A DNA stretch of 29,433 nt from Ginkgo biloba (taxonomy: Eukaryota; Plantae; Ginkgophyta): NCBI GenBank assembly GCA_024626585.2, contig JANKJI020000002.1, positions 172,346,339 through 172,375,771 on the forward strand, given 5' to 3'. The notes beneath the pieces were generated by a model, which ran no database searches, was not told the DNA's origin, and saw only the letters and a program-made list of their open reading frames with translations. The stretch's first letter is position 1. Each line of letters opens with the position of its first letter. Positions 11,201-22,689 of this stretch are shown in pieces. The position numbers and the translations under genes were made by a program.

Positions 11201-11700
11201 TAATGGTTGAAATGGTGAAGGTGTTAGATAAATTATATACCTTTGACTCTCTTTGCCCTAGGGATATAATATCACAAGTATCAGATATATTCATATTCTT
11301 TCATTTATCCCAATAATCCATTATTATTTCATAATTAGGAAGGCCTAAAAGGGTTGCAATTGTCTTACCATTGATGGTTATACTTTTCTCTTCTATGTTC
11401 AAGTTATCTATCCAATTTTTTCTTAGGATCTATACTAATATTAATTAATATATGTAGATTATTGACATTTCTATAATATATACAAGACTTGTCAATTGTT
11501 GGTGCTCATAATCCTTTTAGTACTTATCATCAAACCATGCCACAAAATTATTTTATTTGTTTCCACACATGTTCAAGTATTCTTCAACTACTTTGTGTGT
11601 CTAAAAGGTCACTATGGTGGTATCTTCCTCAATTATTAAAGCAAGTATTTACCTAGTTTTATGAATCTATTCGACTAAACTCTATCATACTTTACTAAAA
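8250..11700 (-). pseudogene. Decayed accessory ORF (plant-mobile-domain-like), copy B
   Basis: A single frame through stops from ~11520 to ~10800 reads EKSITINGKTIATLLGLPNYE...WDTFN*AKWCA*WFNKLY...YFPSL*ILYV. It aligns with copy A at DNA level (8948 corresponds to 1; cctacatcataaggaact at ~357 and ~9297; ttaggatc...ggatac at ~1899 and ~10490). The left boundary is approximate. Confidence 0.7.
8294..8385. repeat. 60-bp-period direct repeat
   Basis: tagatattttccttttt-actattggtgtgg at 8294 and tagatattttccttttc-attattgatgtgg at 8354. Confidence 0.8.
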
Positions 11701-11842
11701 TNNNNNNNNNNNNNNNNNNNNNNNNNNNNNNNNNNNNNNNNNNNNNNNNNNNNNNNNNNNNNNNNNNNNNNNNNNNNNNNNNNNNNNNNNNNNNNNNNNN
11801 NTCAAATTTTGAAAGATCCCACTTTTTTATCTCTGTATAAAA

Positions 11843-11856
11843 GGGGTATTTATAGG
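11843..11856 (-). promoter_or_regulatory. TATA-box-like motif upstream of accessory ORF copy B
   Basis: The minus strand reads CCTATAAATACCCC, a good plant TATA consensus, separated from the ORF by a 100-N gap. Confidence 0.35.
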
Positions 11857-12094
11857 ATAATAATGGATATCTGAGGTTAACCATAGGGTAATTGTAAAAT
11901 TCCATAACATTAGCTAAGGGACATGTAATTGGTCATAATGAAAATTTTTATGCATATTAATAATCTCCTATTATGGATATCATAAGTGACAAAATGGGCG
12001 ATAACAATTGGGTAAAGCTNNNNNNNNNNNNNNNNNNNNNNNNNNNNNNNNNNNNNNNNNNNNNNNNNNNNNNNNNNNNNNNNNNNNNNNNNNA

Positions 12095-13790
12095 ATCTGA
12101 TGTTGATCTTGGAATGTATCATTTGAGGACATCCCATATCCTTTCACATTTCTAAATATATTATATTTACTTATGGTACAAAGTCTTCCACAAAATCCTT
12201 AACTTTAACTCCCTAAACCACCATCTGAATAAATGGTTTAGCATCTTTATTTTTGACTGTACAATACACTTTTTCTTAAATATCACACATATCCTAATTA
12301 TATATAGTTCTACATAAAATTTATATTCTTAGTAAAGCAATTTTATTTGTTCTTAAACTCTTCACTCATCTCAGTAGATCCTTATCTTNNNNNNNNNNNN
12401 NNNNNNNNNNNCCTTTATTCATTTTTCTCTTGTAAATAATCCTAGAAACATTACAGGTATAGGAATCACCAAAGGAACTATATATTTTATCTTCAAGGGA
12501 TTTACTTTTTTAGATTTAGAAATCAAATATCTATATTTATTATATTCCTTTTGTTAATACTTTAGATTATGATATTATACCTTCTCCTTACCTATTTATT
12601 TAACAAGATATATTTTCTTGGATCTCTCTCCCTCTTCATTCTCTTTATCAAACCCTTTTGGATGTGTCCTTATGGTTATATTCACATCTTTATCCAAACA
12701 TAACTTTGGATTTAGTTCACCATGCATGAGATTGAAATTATTAACCCTTTCAATCAAAATCAAATATTTTTTAGTCTCATGGTCACAAATACCATAGACC
12801 TGACATATTTTAATTCTTATAATAGATAATGGAAAACTATTACAATTAAATCACTTCATAATTATTACATCTCCCAACTTTAATTCTATGGCCACTTTAA
12901 AATCATTAACCATCTCTTTATTTTCACTTCTTTCTCGATATTTTTCACTTTCACTATGCTCTATCTTTCTACCTTTTTACTAACATCCCCTACTTTTGTT
13001 ACTCCAACAATTATTGTTATCATGTTTCCATGTATTATATGTATTACAATAATTATCATAATTATTTTCTCTTTTTTCATATTTGTTTATAGATGAAGTT
13101 GCTTGATTATATACTTTCCTCTCATCCAATAGACATTCATTTCTAATAAATTTCTTATTATAATATTTATACCAAATGAGTTCTATCCATCTAATACTTA
13201 TTAGACAACGTTTTCATAAAATCTTGTAAATCTATAACAATTCTAGATAATTCATTTATATTCTTGAATATATCAATTATTGTCTAATCATATTATAGTT
13301 ATATTTGGAAAAAAATATAGATATTTTCTCTATAAGTTTTAGTATTNNNNNNNNNNNNNNNNNNNNNNNNNNNNNNNNNNNNNNNNNNNNNNNNNNNNNN
13401 NNNNNNNNNNNNNNNNNNNNNNNNNNNNNNNNNNNNNNNNNNNNNNNNNNNNNNNNNNNNNNNNNNNNNNNNNNNNNNNNNNNNNNNNNNNNNNNNNNNN
13501 NNNNNNNNNNNNNNNNNNNNNNNNNNNNNNNNNNNNNNNNNNNNNNNNNNNNNNNNNNNNNNNNNNNNNNNNNNNNNNNNNNTTGCATTCTAACTTTGCT
13601 AATTCTGAATTGCATTCATCTTTTTGTATCAATATTATGATATCCCTTTAAAATTTATAACAAACTCTCTCCATTTTATATTTTAATCCATCAAAATTCT
13701 TTCATTCTATATACATTCATAAGTTAATAGATGTCTTTTTCTATCTCCATTTATATCAAACGTTGGAAGCCTTAAAGAAGGCTTCATAAT
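12095..13790 (-). mobile_element. gag: Ty3/Gypsy gag (capsid, zinc knuckles) plus aspartic protease remnant, a different family from 5544-6605
   Basis: PSLRLPTFDINGDRKRHLLTYECI*N...REFVINFKGIS*Y*Y (~13790-13630, gag). Decayed CCHC-like CQVYGICDHETKKY (~12765-12810). PFIQMVV*GVKVKDFVEDFVP*VNIIYLEM*KDMGCPQMIHSKINIR (~12240-12095) matches the protease LxDxGSxVNI region. Confidence 0.75.
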
Positions 13791-16700
13791 GTTTATTGTA
13801 GTTTATTTAATTCTAGAGTTACTACATGATGAAGTCACCATTAATTAAGTGATATTCGTATAATTTATATGGTTTTTCAACCACCTTAAGGATATTTCAC
13901 TTCTTATCTCTGGTTCTTGCAAACTTTTCCTTACTTCTTATGACAATTTTTTCAATGCTCTAGGTATTTTAATTTAAATATTAGCAATATTTAAAGATTT
14001 GGAATATTTGAAAGATTTGATAACTCCTTAAAATTTTCCTTCTAATATTCACAATACACCTTAATCTACAATAGTTCTTATAAAAATATAATATTATAAT
14101 CCGCACAATATTAGATGACTATAATTCTTCCATGAACAACTTATCTTCAACTTGCTCTAACCTGATATTCACACCTAACTCTATGATACTTACTTAGTAG
14201 TGATGAGTATGCAATGATTTTTGATGACATATTTTTATAAAGTAAATATTTCTTAAATAATATTCTCACTTCCTTATGATTCATTCCAATCCTTGTAAGT
14301 ATGTTCAGAATCTCACAATTCATGGCGATTTTATATAATCATACTTAATAATAGAAGATTTATGTGTATTACTTAAGAATTTATATAATTATGGTCTTTT
14401 TTTAATAATTAACTCCTTCTTGTCCTTATAATTTAAATATATTCATTATTTAGAGTCAAGAATCATAATTTGGGCTCTTGAAGTGCTCTTTTTAGCTCCT
14501 NNNNNNNNNNNNNNNNNNNNNNNNNNNNNNNNNNNNNNNNNNNNNNNNNNTGCCTACATGACTCTCAACTCTCTTTCAGTATAAAATAATCTAAATATTT
14601 ATAAATATTTGTCAATATTGTCAAATAATTGAGCTAAAACCAAAATTAAGGTAACATTTTTTTAAGATTTTAATAGAAAGCTAAAATTCTTTATAATTTT
14701 AAACCAAATTAACTTCAAATTGACTGTATGTCTATCTACGACTTATCCTTTTAGTAATGAAATAAAATTTTAAATATGATTTCTTAGTTATTTAGGAACA
14801 CACTTAAAAATTCAAGATATATACATTATCTCTTTTATCATTCAACAATTACATTCAACATAACCATAATCATTCATTCATAAACTTAAATTCATATCAC
14901 AACACATTCATGAGACCACAAAAAAGTATAGCCATTAATTGCATTATATCATACCTATTATGGTGAATTAGACTAAATACAAGTAATTATAAACTCATAA
15001 CACCTAGATTTTCTTTTAAAATAGAATATTTCCTTAAAATATTTTTCATTATATCAAAATGCATCAAAACATTATAAGATATTATATACCCTATATAATA
15101 CCTATATTATTCTTGATATTCTTATGGAATGGAGTGATGATATGTTACAAGAAGATCTTTTACATCCTTAGAATTTTGATTTTTATGTTGANNNNNNNNN
15201 NNNNNNNNNNNNNNNNNNNNNNNNNNNNNNNNNNNNNNNNNNNNNNNNNNNNNNNNNNNNNNNNNNNNNNNNNNNNNNNNNNNNNNNNNNNNNNNNNNNN
15301 NNNNNNNNNNNNNNNNNNNNNNNNNNNNNNNNNNNNNNNNNNNNNNNNNNNNNNNNNNNNNNNNNNNNNNNNNNNNNNNNNNNNNNNNNNNNNNNNNNNN
15401 NNNNNNNNNNNNNNNNNNNNNNNNNNNNNNNNNNNNNNNNNNNNNNNNNNNNNNNNNNNNNNNNNNNNNNNNNNNNNNNNNNNNNNNNNNNNNNNNNNNN
15501 NNNNNNNNNNNNNNNNNNNNNNNNNNNNNNNNNNNNNNNNNNNNNNNNNNNNNNNNNNNNNNNNNNNNNNNNNNNNNNNNNNNNNNNNNNNNNNNNNNNN
15601 NNNNNNNNNNNNNNNNNNNNNNNNNNNNNNNNNNNNNNNNNNNNNNNNNNNNNNNNNNNNNNNNNNNNNNNNNNNNNNNNNNNNNNNNNNNNNNNNNNNN
15701 NNNNNNNNNNNNNNNNNNNNNNNNNNNNNNNNNNNNNNNNNNNNNNNNNNNNNNNNNNNNNNNNNNNNNNNNNNNNNNNNNNNNNNNNNNNNNNNNNNNN
15801 NNNNNNNNNNNNNNNNNNNNNNNNNNNNNNNNNNNNNNNNNNNNNNNNNNNNNNNNNNNNNNNNNNNNNNNNNNNNNNNNNNNNNNNNNNNNNNNNNNNN
15901 NNNNNNNNNNNNNNNNNNNNNNNNNNNNNNNNNNNNNNNNNNNNNNNNNNNNNNNNNNNNNNNNNNNNNNNNNNNNNNNNNNNNNNNNNNNNNNNNNNNN
16001 NNNNNNNNNNNNNNNNNNNNNNNNNNNNNNNNNNNNNNNNNNNNNNNNNNNNNNNNNNNNNNNNNNNNNNNNNNNNNNNNNNNNNNNNNNNNNNNNNNNN
16101 NNNNNNNNNNNNNNNNNNNNNNNNNNNNNNNNNNNNNNNNNNNNNNNNNNNNNNNNNNNNNNNNNNNNNNNNCCCAAGTCAGATGGGCAATACCATCAAA
16201 ACTAAAAATCTTTAGGAATATAAGAGGGTGACTCCAAATTTTTTATGTTTGATTAATTTTGATAAAAACACCCTTAGATTTGATGAATTTAAGTGGGGTC
16301 ATGGCGCATTGATTCTAAGAATTTTATTATAGAGGTAAAGGCATTCTTAGGAGTTATAAGAAGAAAATGTTGTGAAGTCACATGTAGAAGGTGAGAGATC
16401 CAAATTTTTATTTTTATAAGGTTTCAATATATTTAAATTTATTTGGAAATATTTTTCAAGTCCTCCCTATTAAGGTTTTGTTATTTTTATTTTTTAAACC
16501 TCTATTTGTTAAGAAGAGTTTAATTTTTTATTATAAGGAGAATAATATATTGGTTGGTAAGTAATTCAATTTGCATATAGGAGCTCATGGTTTCAAAACT
16601 AATAAAATTTATTTTTCCAAAGAATTTTAAGAAAACTAAAATGAGCATGTCACATTAAGAGAAAATGACCACAAGGAAAGGGCTAAAAGGACCTAAAATG

Positions 16701-17225
16701 GTCTAAAGGTGTTTTGTTGATTTTAAGACACTATTTTTTATTTTTTTAAAGTTGAGTTTTTTTCACAATGATAAGTAGAGATGTAATAAATATTTATGTT
16801 GATTCAAATGTAAATTCTTTTACATCTTGGAGTTGAAGAAGAGTTTAAGTTTGATGATTTTGTTTTGTAAACGAGGAATAAGAAAAAATAAAATTCTTTT
16901 TAAAAGACTTATAATGGAGAAATAAGGGGTGTTTTTATAATAGGAGTTATAAGGAGAAAAAATATATCTTCATGTATTATGACGAATTGATAAATGATTT
17001 AATAAGAAATAATTTTTTGTGTGTGTTTATGTCCTTGATCTATCCCAAAATTGAAGAGGCTAATCAAAGGTACACTATGAATTATGTTGTTATTGATGAT
17101 CATTGTTTTTTATGATTGAGCACTACAAAAATTTATTTTGGTGATATAAGTTATTTATGGACCATTTCTAGGAGGCTCATATTTCTTTTTTATTTTATTG
17201 ATTGATTAAGGGAATGAATGGGGCC

Positions 17226-17316
17226 CACTTGGAGAGATAAGGAGTTCACTTAGAGAGATAAGAAGTTCATTTGGAGAGATAAAATTTTCATTTGAAAAAT
17301 TTTGGAGAAATAAGGA
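17226..17316. repeat. 21-bp minisatellite, three full copies plus a degenerate one
   Basis: cacttggagagataaggagtt / cacttagagagataagaagtt / catttggagagataaaatttt / ...tttggagaaataagga. Confidence 0.85.
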
Positions 17317-17618
17317 TGTCTAAGTTAGTAAATTTTATATTTACATCTGAAAAGTTGCATGCAAATAATTTTTCCAAATAGAAGATTCTTATGAAGGACA
17401 CATTAATATTTAATGAACTTTGGGTAGTAGTTGGTCAATCAACAGAGTCATGACAAACATAGTCATACTTCTGGTTGTCAATATAGTCAATTTAATCACA
17501 AGTCAAAANNNNNNNNNNNNNNNNNNNNNNNNNNNNNNNNNNNNNNNNNNNNNNNNNNNNNNNNNNNNNNNNNNNNNNNNNNNNNNNNNNNNNNNNNNNN
17601 NNNNNNNNTTCCATTAAT

Positions 17619-17640
17619 GGGGGGAATTGTTAGGAATTAG
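17619..17640 (+). mobile_element. Polypurine tract and start of a 3' LTR (TG at 17628)
   Basis: GGGGGGAA-T-TGTTAGGAAT is a typical plant PPT/LTR junction. The far end of the LTR was not identified. Confidence 0.55.
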
Positions 17641-18987
17641 GAATTATTAATGTAATAAGTGTTATTTTATAACACATTCATATTACCTCATAGTTTAGCA
17701 TTTGAGGGTTATTTTTTTATTTTATATATATTGATTAGGTGCAAAGTAGTTATGTATATTATATGGTCTCTCACTAATTTATAATAAACTTTGTTCTTTG
17801 TTAGAATTAAATGGGNNNNNNNNNNNNNNNNNNNNNNNNNNNNNNNNNNNNNNNNNNNNNNNNNNNNNNCCAAATCATCAGAAGACAAATCATGTTTGCT
17901 AAAAGTGAAAAAGGGTACTTTCTTTATTATTTTTGTTGTTACTTTTTAGTATGTATTATTACATGCTACCCCTACTAGTATGCATGTGGGGTTCTTTTAA
18001 ATTGTTATTTTTTGTCTCATTTACCTAGGATTATTGTGGGTCATCCTTCTCTACCTACATGATCCAACCTCTTATATTTTATTTATTTCCACGCATTGGA
18101 GTTAGAACCTTACTAATGCACCTATAAGGGATAGTTCCACACTACTTCCCTTCTTAATAGGTACCATGTCACCACCCTATAATTTGTGGTATGGTGGACT
18201 AGTACCACCTATTCACTCACTAATTGTATTCATTTTCATCATTTGTTAGAAATTTATAGTCCCACTTCCCACTTCTCCTTATTCTTACTTTAGTTAGAGA
18301 TCCCCTAGGTGTCCACTTGCTTCTCTTTTTCTCCATTTCCCTAGGATGAGTGGACTACCCTTTCTATTGTATTTATCCCACTAAATGGATGCCAATGTAC
18401 ACTTGAATAAGAGGGATCAACCAAATAAAAAAATGATGAAGGTTGATAAATTTGGACCATCAAATAAAATAACTTCCAAAGATTTACATCTAATTGAAGA
18501 ACATGAATAAATTCTAGAAGTAAGATAATAATCCCATGAAAATATATTTATATGGATGCATAGGTACACATAAATAGTATATTATCTATGCATATTTCCT
18601 AGCTAAGGCTAATTGGTTTATATGAGGTCCTATTATAGGCTTCAGTCTATGTTATTTTCCAATAGTAATAAAAATGATGTACCAAAAATTAAAAATCAAC
18701 TCTAAGATTCCAAGTTTTCATATTATATTTTCAATCCCCTCCAAAGAAAATCTAAACCATCCTATTTTTTTATAATATGGATGGCCAATAGTCATGGTAG
18801 TAAGTCAAAAAGTTTTATTGTTATGTGGTTGTTGTAAATGTCCTCCCAAAATGTCTCTCTATTTTTTCCACTTTATGATGGTTAATTNNNNNNNNNNNNN
18901 NNNNNNNNNNNNNNNNNNNNNNNNNNNNNNNNNNNNNNNNNNNNNNNNNNNNNNNNNNNNNNNNNNNNNNNNNNNNNNNNNNNNNNN

Positions 18988-19203
18988 GGATGATATGGTT
19001 GTCATTCATGTAGGAAAGATATAGAATCAAGGTATTAAATGGATCTTAAAAATTTTATTTATGATTAATACATGCATTTCTTACTAGAAGACCATCCATA
19101 TCAATTCACTGAAAGGGATAATTTCAATGGCCAGCTAGAACATAGAAATAATCCTCATATTATTAATCTAAAACATTGGAAGAATGCATGTGATCAAACA
19201 TAA
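18988..19203 (+). mobile_element. CACTA (En/Spm) Tnp2/TnpD-like transposase fragment
   Basis: Single frame G*YGCHSCRKDIESRY*MDLKNFIYD*YMHFLLEDHPYQFTERDNFNGQLEHRNNP matches the Transposase_21-associated pattern G..ACP.C...Y..HRRFLP.DHPYR....FNG..E.R..P. Confidence 0.8.
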
Positions 19204-21199
19204 GGTAATTTAAATTATATCATTTTTAATAAAATCTTCACTATTATAAATTTCTTATACATATTGAATAATATGTTTAACATAGAATTTCCTATATGTT
19301 TAATAGGTTACTATTGAGACCCCATTTTGAGTGAGTGATATAATCAGATAATAGGTGAAATATTATATTTAAAACTCACACAAACACTTACAAATCAAAG
19401 GTGAAGAAAAATATGCATTATATATTTTATTCATCAAGAACAGGTTATATCAAGTATACCAATAATTTGGAATGTTATGAATTTTCTCTTAGTTTGTGGA
19501 CTTGCTAAAAATATGGGAGATTATCACAAAAAATATGAGATTATAGATCTTAGAGCATGAATGCACCTTGGAGAAAATTGAATTAAGGTTTGGTAGTCTC
19601 TATATTNNNNNNNNNNNNNNNNNNNNNNNNTCCCATATACCCTGGCACATTGTGGATGGAATGCATTGCTCCACATGTATTGGACATCATGGCACTATGA
19701 AAAAAGGTATGACTCATTTGAGAAGAGAGAATTATATTTTAAAATAATATGCATCACCCATTTCCATCTCCTCCCATCATGACCACCTCCCATTATATCC
19801 TCCAATGCTTGCATGGAAGACTAAGACATCAGGATGCACTCACTAGAAGTAGTGGATGAATTGCTCATTGACAAGTGAGAGGTAGTAGAAGTTATCTCCT
19901 ATTCCATCCCCCTCTTTCCACTTAAATCATTCCAACTCCCCTCCCATCATCCTCCTCATCATGTAATAATATAGAGACAAGAACAACTTAACCTATACAA
20001 AAGAAAAATAATTAAGATACACCCACCCCATTGCCATAATTCTCCACATCTATCTTTCTAATTCTACCCATTCTATCCCTTTTGACATGTATAGTCTTAA
20101 AACATGGAGAATGTGCCTTGTATATTTTATACTTTCCTTTTTCTAATTTCACCATATTATAATAAATTCAATTCTCACTACCTTCACGATTTTGTACTAG
20201 TAGAAACCTATGGATTTAAATAAGTTTCACCAATTTTTGTGATTTTTCTAGCACCTTCTCAGGCATTCCTCTGGCCTATTCTCTAAAGACCAAATGAGCC
20301 AAAACATGGATCATTGGTATTAAGTGGTAGAGTGATTTGATCAAGGAACATAATCAACGAAGGATGAATGCTTTCACTCAGGTCCTAACATCTCCCATAT
20401 AGATAGAGTGATCTCTAGCTCACCTAAGGAGAGTTCNNNNNNNNNNAAAATAAGGCAATTTACCACATTCTAGGTATCATTTAAATATTTGACTCACTCA
20501 AGGAGAAATATAATATCTAGGATTCACTTGAATCTTACTCAGATAGGGAGTTCCATCTTCTTATGAAGTGAGTCTTTTTTGTGGTTATCTTATCTTATTC
20601 TTGACCTAGTTAGGGAGGTTCAATATAATCTAAGAACACATATAATTAGGGGACCCATGCTATGAATAAGGGGTATTTAAAACACATCAACTAAAGTCAA
20701 AGACAAAAGTGAGAGGTGGGGAATCATTCATTCACCTAAGTGGAAACCTTCCTTGGAAAGATAAATTCTCCTTGATCTAGTTATGGGGACCATGGCTATT
20801 ACGGAGTGATAAAATCCTAAGGAGGTGCATCTCTTTCACTAGATGATTTTTACCTTCCTAGATCATAGAGGGAGTAGTCAAAAAATTAGGATAATAGATA
20901 ATTCATGAATATTCAATGCACCTTACGATAGGAATTAATGACATGTATTAAGAAGTACCCTAGAGTATGCATGGCATCTCATCATGGTAATGGCATAAAA
21001 ATCATTATCCAACCAAACCTCAACACATCATAAGAATTCATTTCCATCTCTTTTGAAGAGTGAGGATTTTTAATTCCCTTAAATTTGTTTCTCCCAACCT
21101 ACAAAGCCCGTTCCTATTCAAATTTTGGTCATCTTGAAGAAGATAATCCATAGTATCACTAGAGCCTAAGTGTTCGTTAGAGATCCTTATTTTCTATGA

Positions 21200-22689
21200 A
21201 TCAAACATTCATAATATTCAAAGAATATACTAAAAAATAAATAGTAGTGTGTTTCATATCAAAGAGTCCCAACTATTCAAACTTTAATTTTCAAGTGTGC
21301 TTTCTCATTCTAAGTTATGGTAATGTGGTCTTTTTGGGTAACTGAAGTAGTTTAAGATCATCTAAATCATTATGCTCAAGAATGGGAGAAATTTACCATA
21401 GAAAATGATAAAGGATAGATCCACCTAGAATATATATATCTATNNNNNNNNNNNNNNNNNNNNNNNNNNNNNNNNNNNNNNNNNNNNNNNNNNNNNNNNN
21501 NGATGATTTACCATTTAGGGAATGACACACTTTGGTTTCAAGATAAAGTAGACTTAGTGTATGAAGGATTAATTAATCACATTACATAGTTACCCATTCA
21601 TGGGAAAATAATATATCTTAGGGAAGAATCTAGGAAGATGGGAAGGGAGATGTTCATCTAGAAATTATACCTAAGATGCAAAGAAACTAATACTTGGACA
21701 AAATATAATGGGTTCATAATAAATTGAATCACCAATAAAGGAGATAAGTGGGATGCTAGGATAATAGTTAGGAGATTAATTTGTGTAGAATCCAACATTT
21801 ATTTGAGTCATCAATGGGCCATGATAAAATCAAAGGTGGTCGAAGGAATAATTTAAACATGGGCTCCTTGGTTGTCCAACAAAATCAAAGAACATTGCAC
21901 ATCCTCCCAAATGTTTAGATTCCCTTTCCTTATGCCTTCCTTAGTTTATGTAATTTTCATAGAAGATATGGGACCTCCTAAATAGATTGAACCAAAATTA
22001 TAACCTCGATTAAACATGTATTCTCACCTGCAAAGGAAAAGAGGAGACCATAAAGATAGGGTTGCTATTGCTTATTTGGAAAAATTCTACATGATGTTGT
22101 GATGGCTACATGATGGCCCATAGAGGATAAAAAATATCCTTGAATATATCAAGAAGTAGTGGAGATACTTCTAATGGATAGAAGATGATAAAATGACCTA
22201 CAACTCTCTAATAATAACTCATGCACCCAAATATAAGAGATTTGTTCTAGTATGGCCTCACCCTGGGTGGATAGAACAAACCATTTGGGGATTTAAAGAG
22301 AAATACTTGTACAATTCTAGCTTCAACGATTAGAGTATTTTGATCATCAATTATCCATTTACCTTCCCAATGGAATAGTATGATTATTAGGTAATTAATA
22401 AGGTGCATTTTATAAAAGATCCCTATGGTATAGGGTGGTCACCATGTAGTTTATTAGTAATATCATTTCTAGAAGTCTGGGAGAAGATAGACACTATAAA
22501 AAAGGATAAAGAGAAGAAGAAAACTTCTACACAAGGGTATAATTACTCAAAGTAGAAGCATTCATAATTTGGGTTTGTTGCGCAGGGTCATCCCATTCAT
22601 ACTCGAGAAGGTGACCACCCTAAAGAGAAAAAATAAGGTGAAGGTAAGAAAAAGAGACAGAGATTTGGTACGGATGAAGGACATAAAAT
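21200..22689 (+). pseudogene. Decayed accessory ORF (plant-mobile-domain-like), copy C, more distant relative; ends at a gap
   Basis: VTEVV*DHLNHYAQEWEKF (~21339-21395) resembles HKVVEDDLILRIDEWKKL of copy A. One frame from 21503 to 22689 reads HLGNDTLWFQDKVDLVYEGLINHIT*LPIHG...EGII*TWAPWLSNKIKEHC...FLMPSLVYVIF, equivalent to the LLGLP and FN[W]AKW motifs of copy B. The left boundary is approximate. Confidence 0.7.

Noticed and set aside
12978-12995. Minus-strand AGGGGA-TGTTAG as a PPT/LTR junction
   Set aside because: It lies inside the gag remnant between the capsid region and zinc knuckles, so it is probably coding sequence.
17226-17316. CRISPR-like array
   Set aside because: Units are head-to-tail without unique spacers, and the context is eukaryotic.
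19631-20100. C-rich, pyrimidine-skewed stretch as a coding exon
   Set aside because: No sustained frame or recognisable motif on either strand.
20328-20345. tcattggtattaag as a PBS for accessory ORF copy C
   Set aside because: Only TGGTAT matches, which is too weak.
21430-21443. (TA)n microsatellite
   Set aside because: Short, and it reads in frame as EYIYL within copy C.
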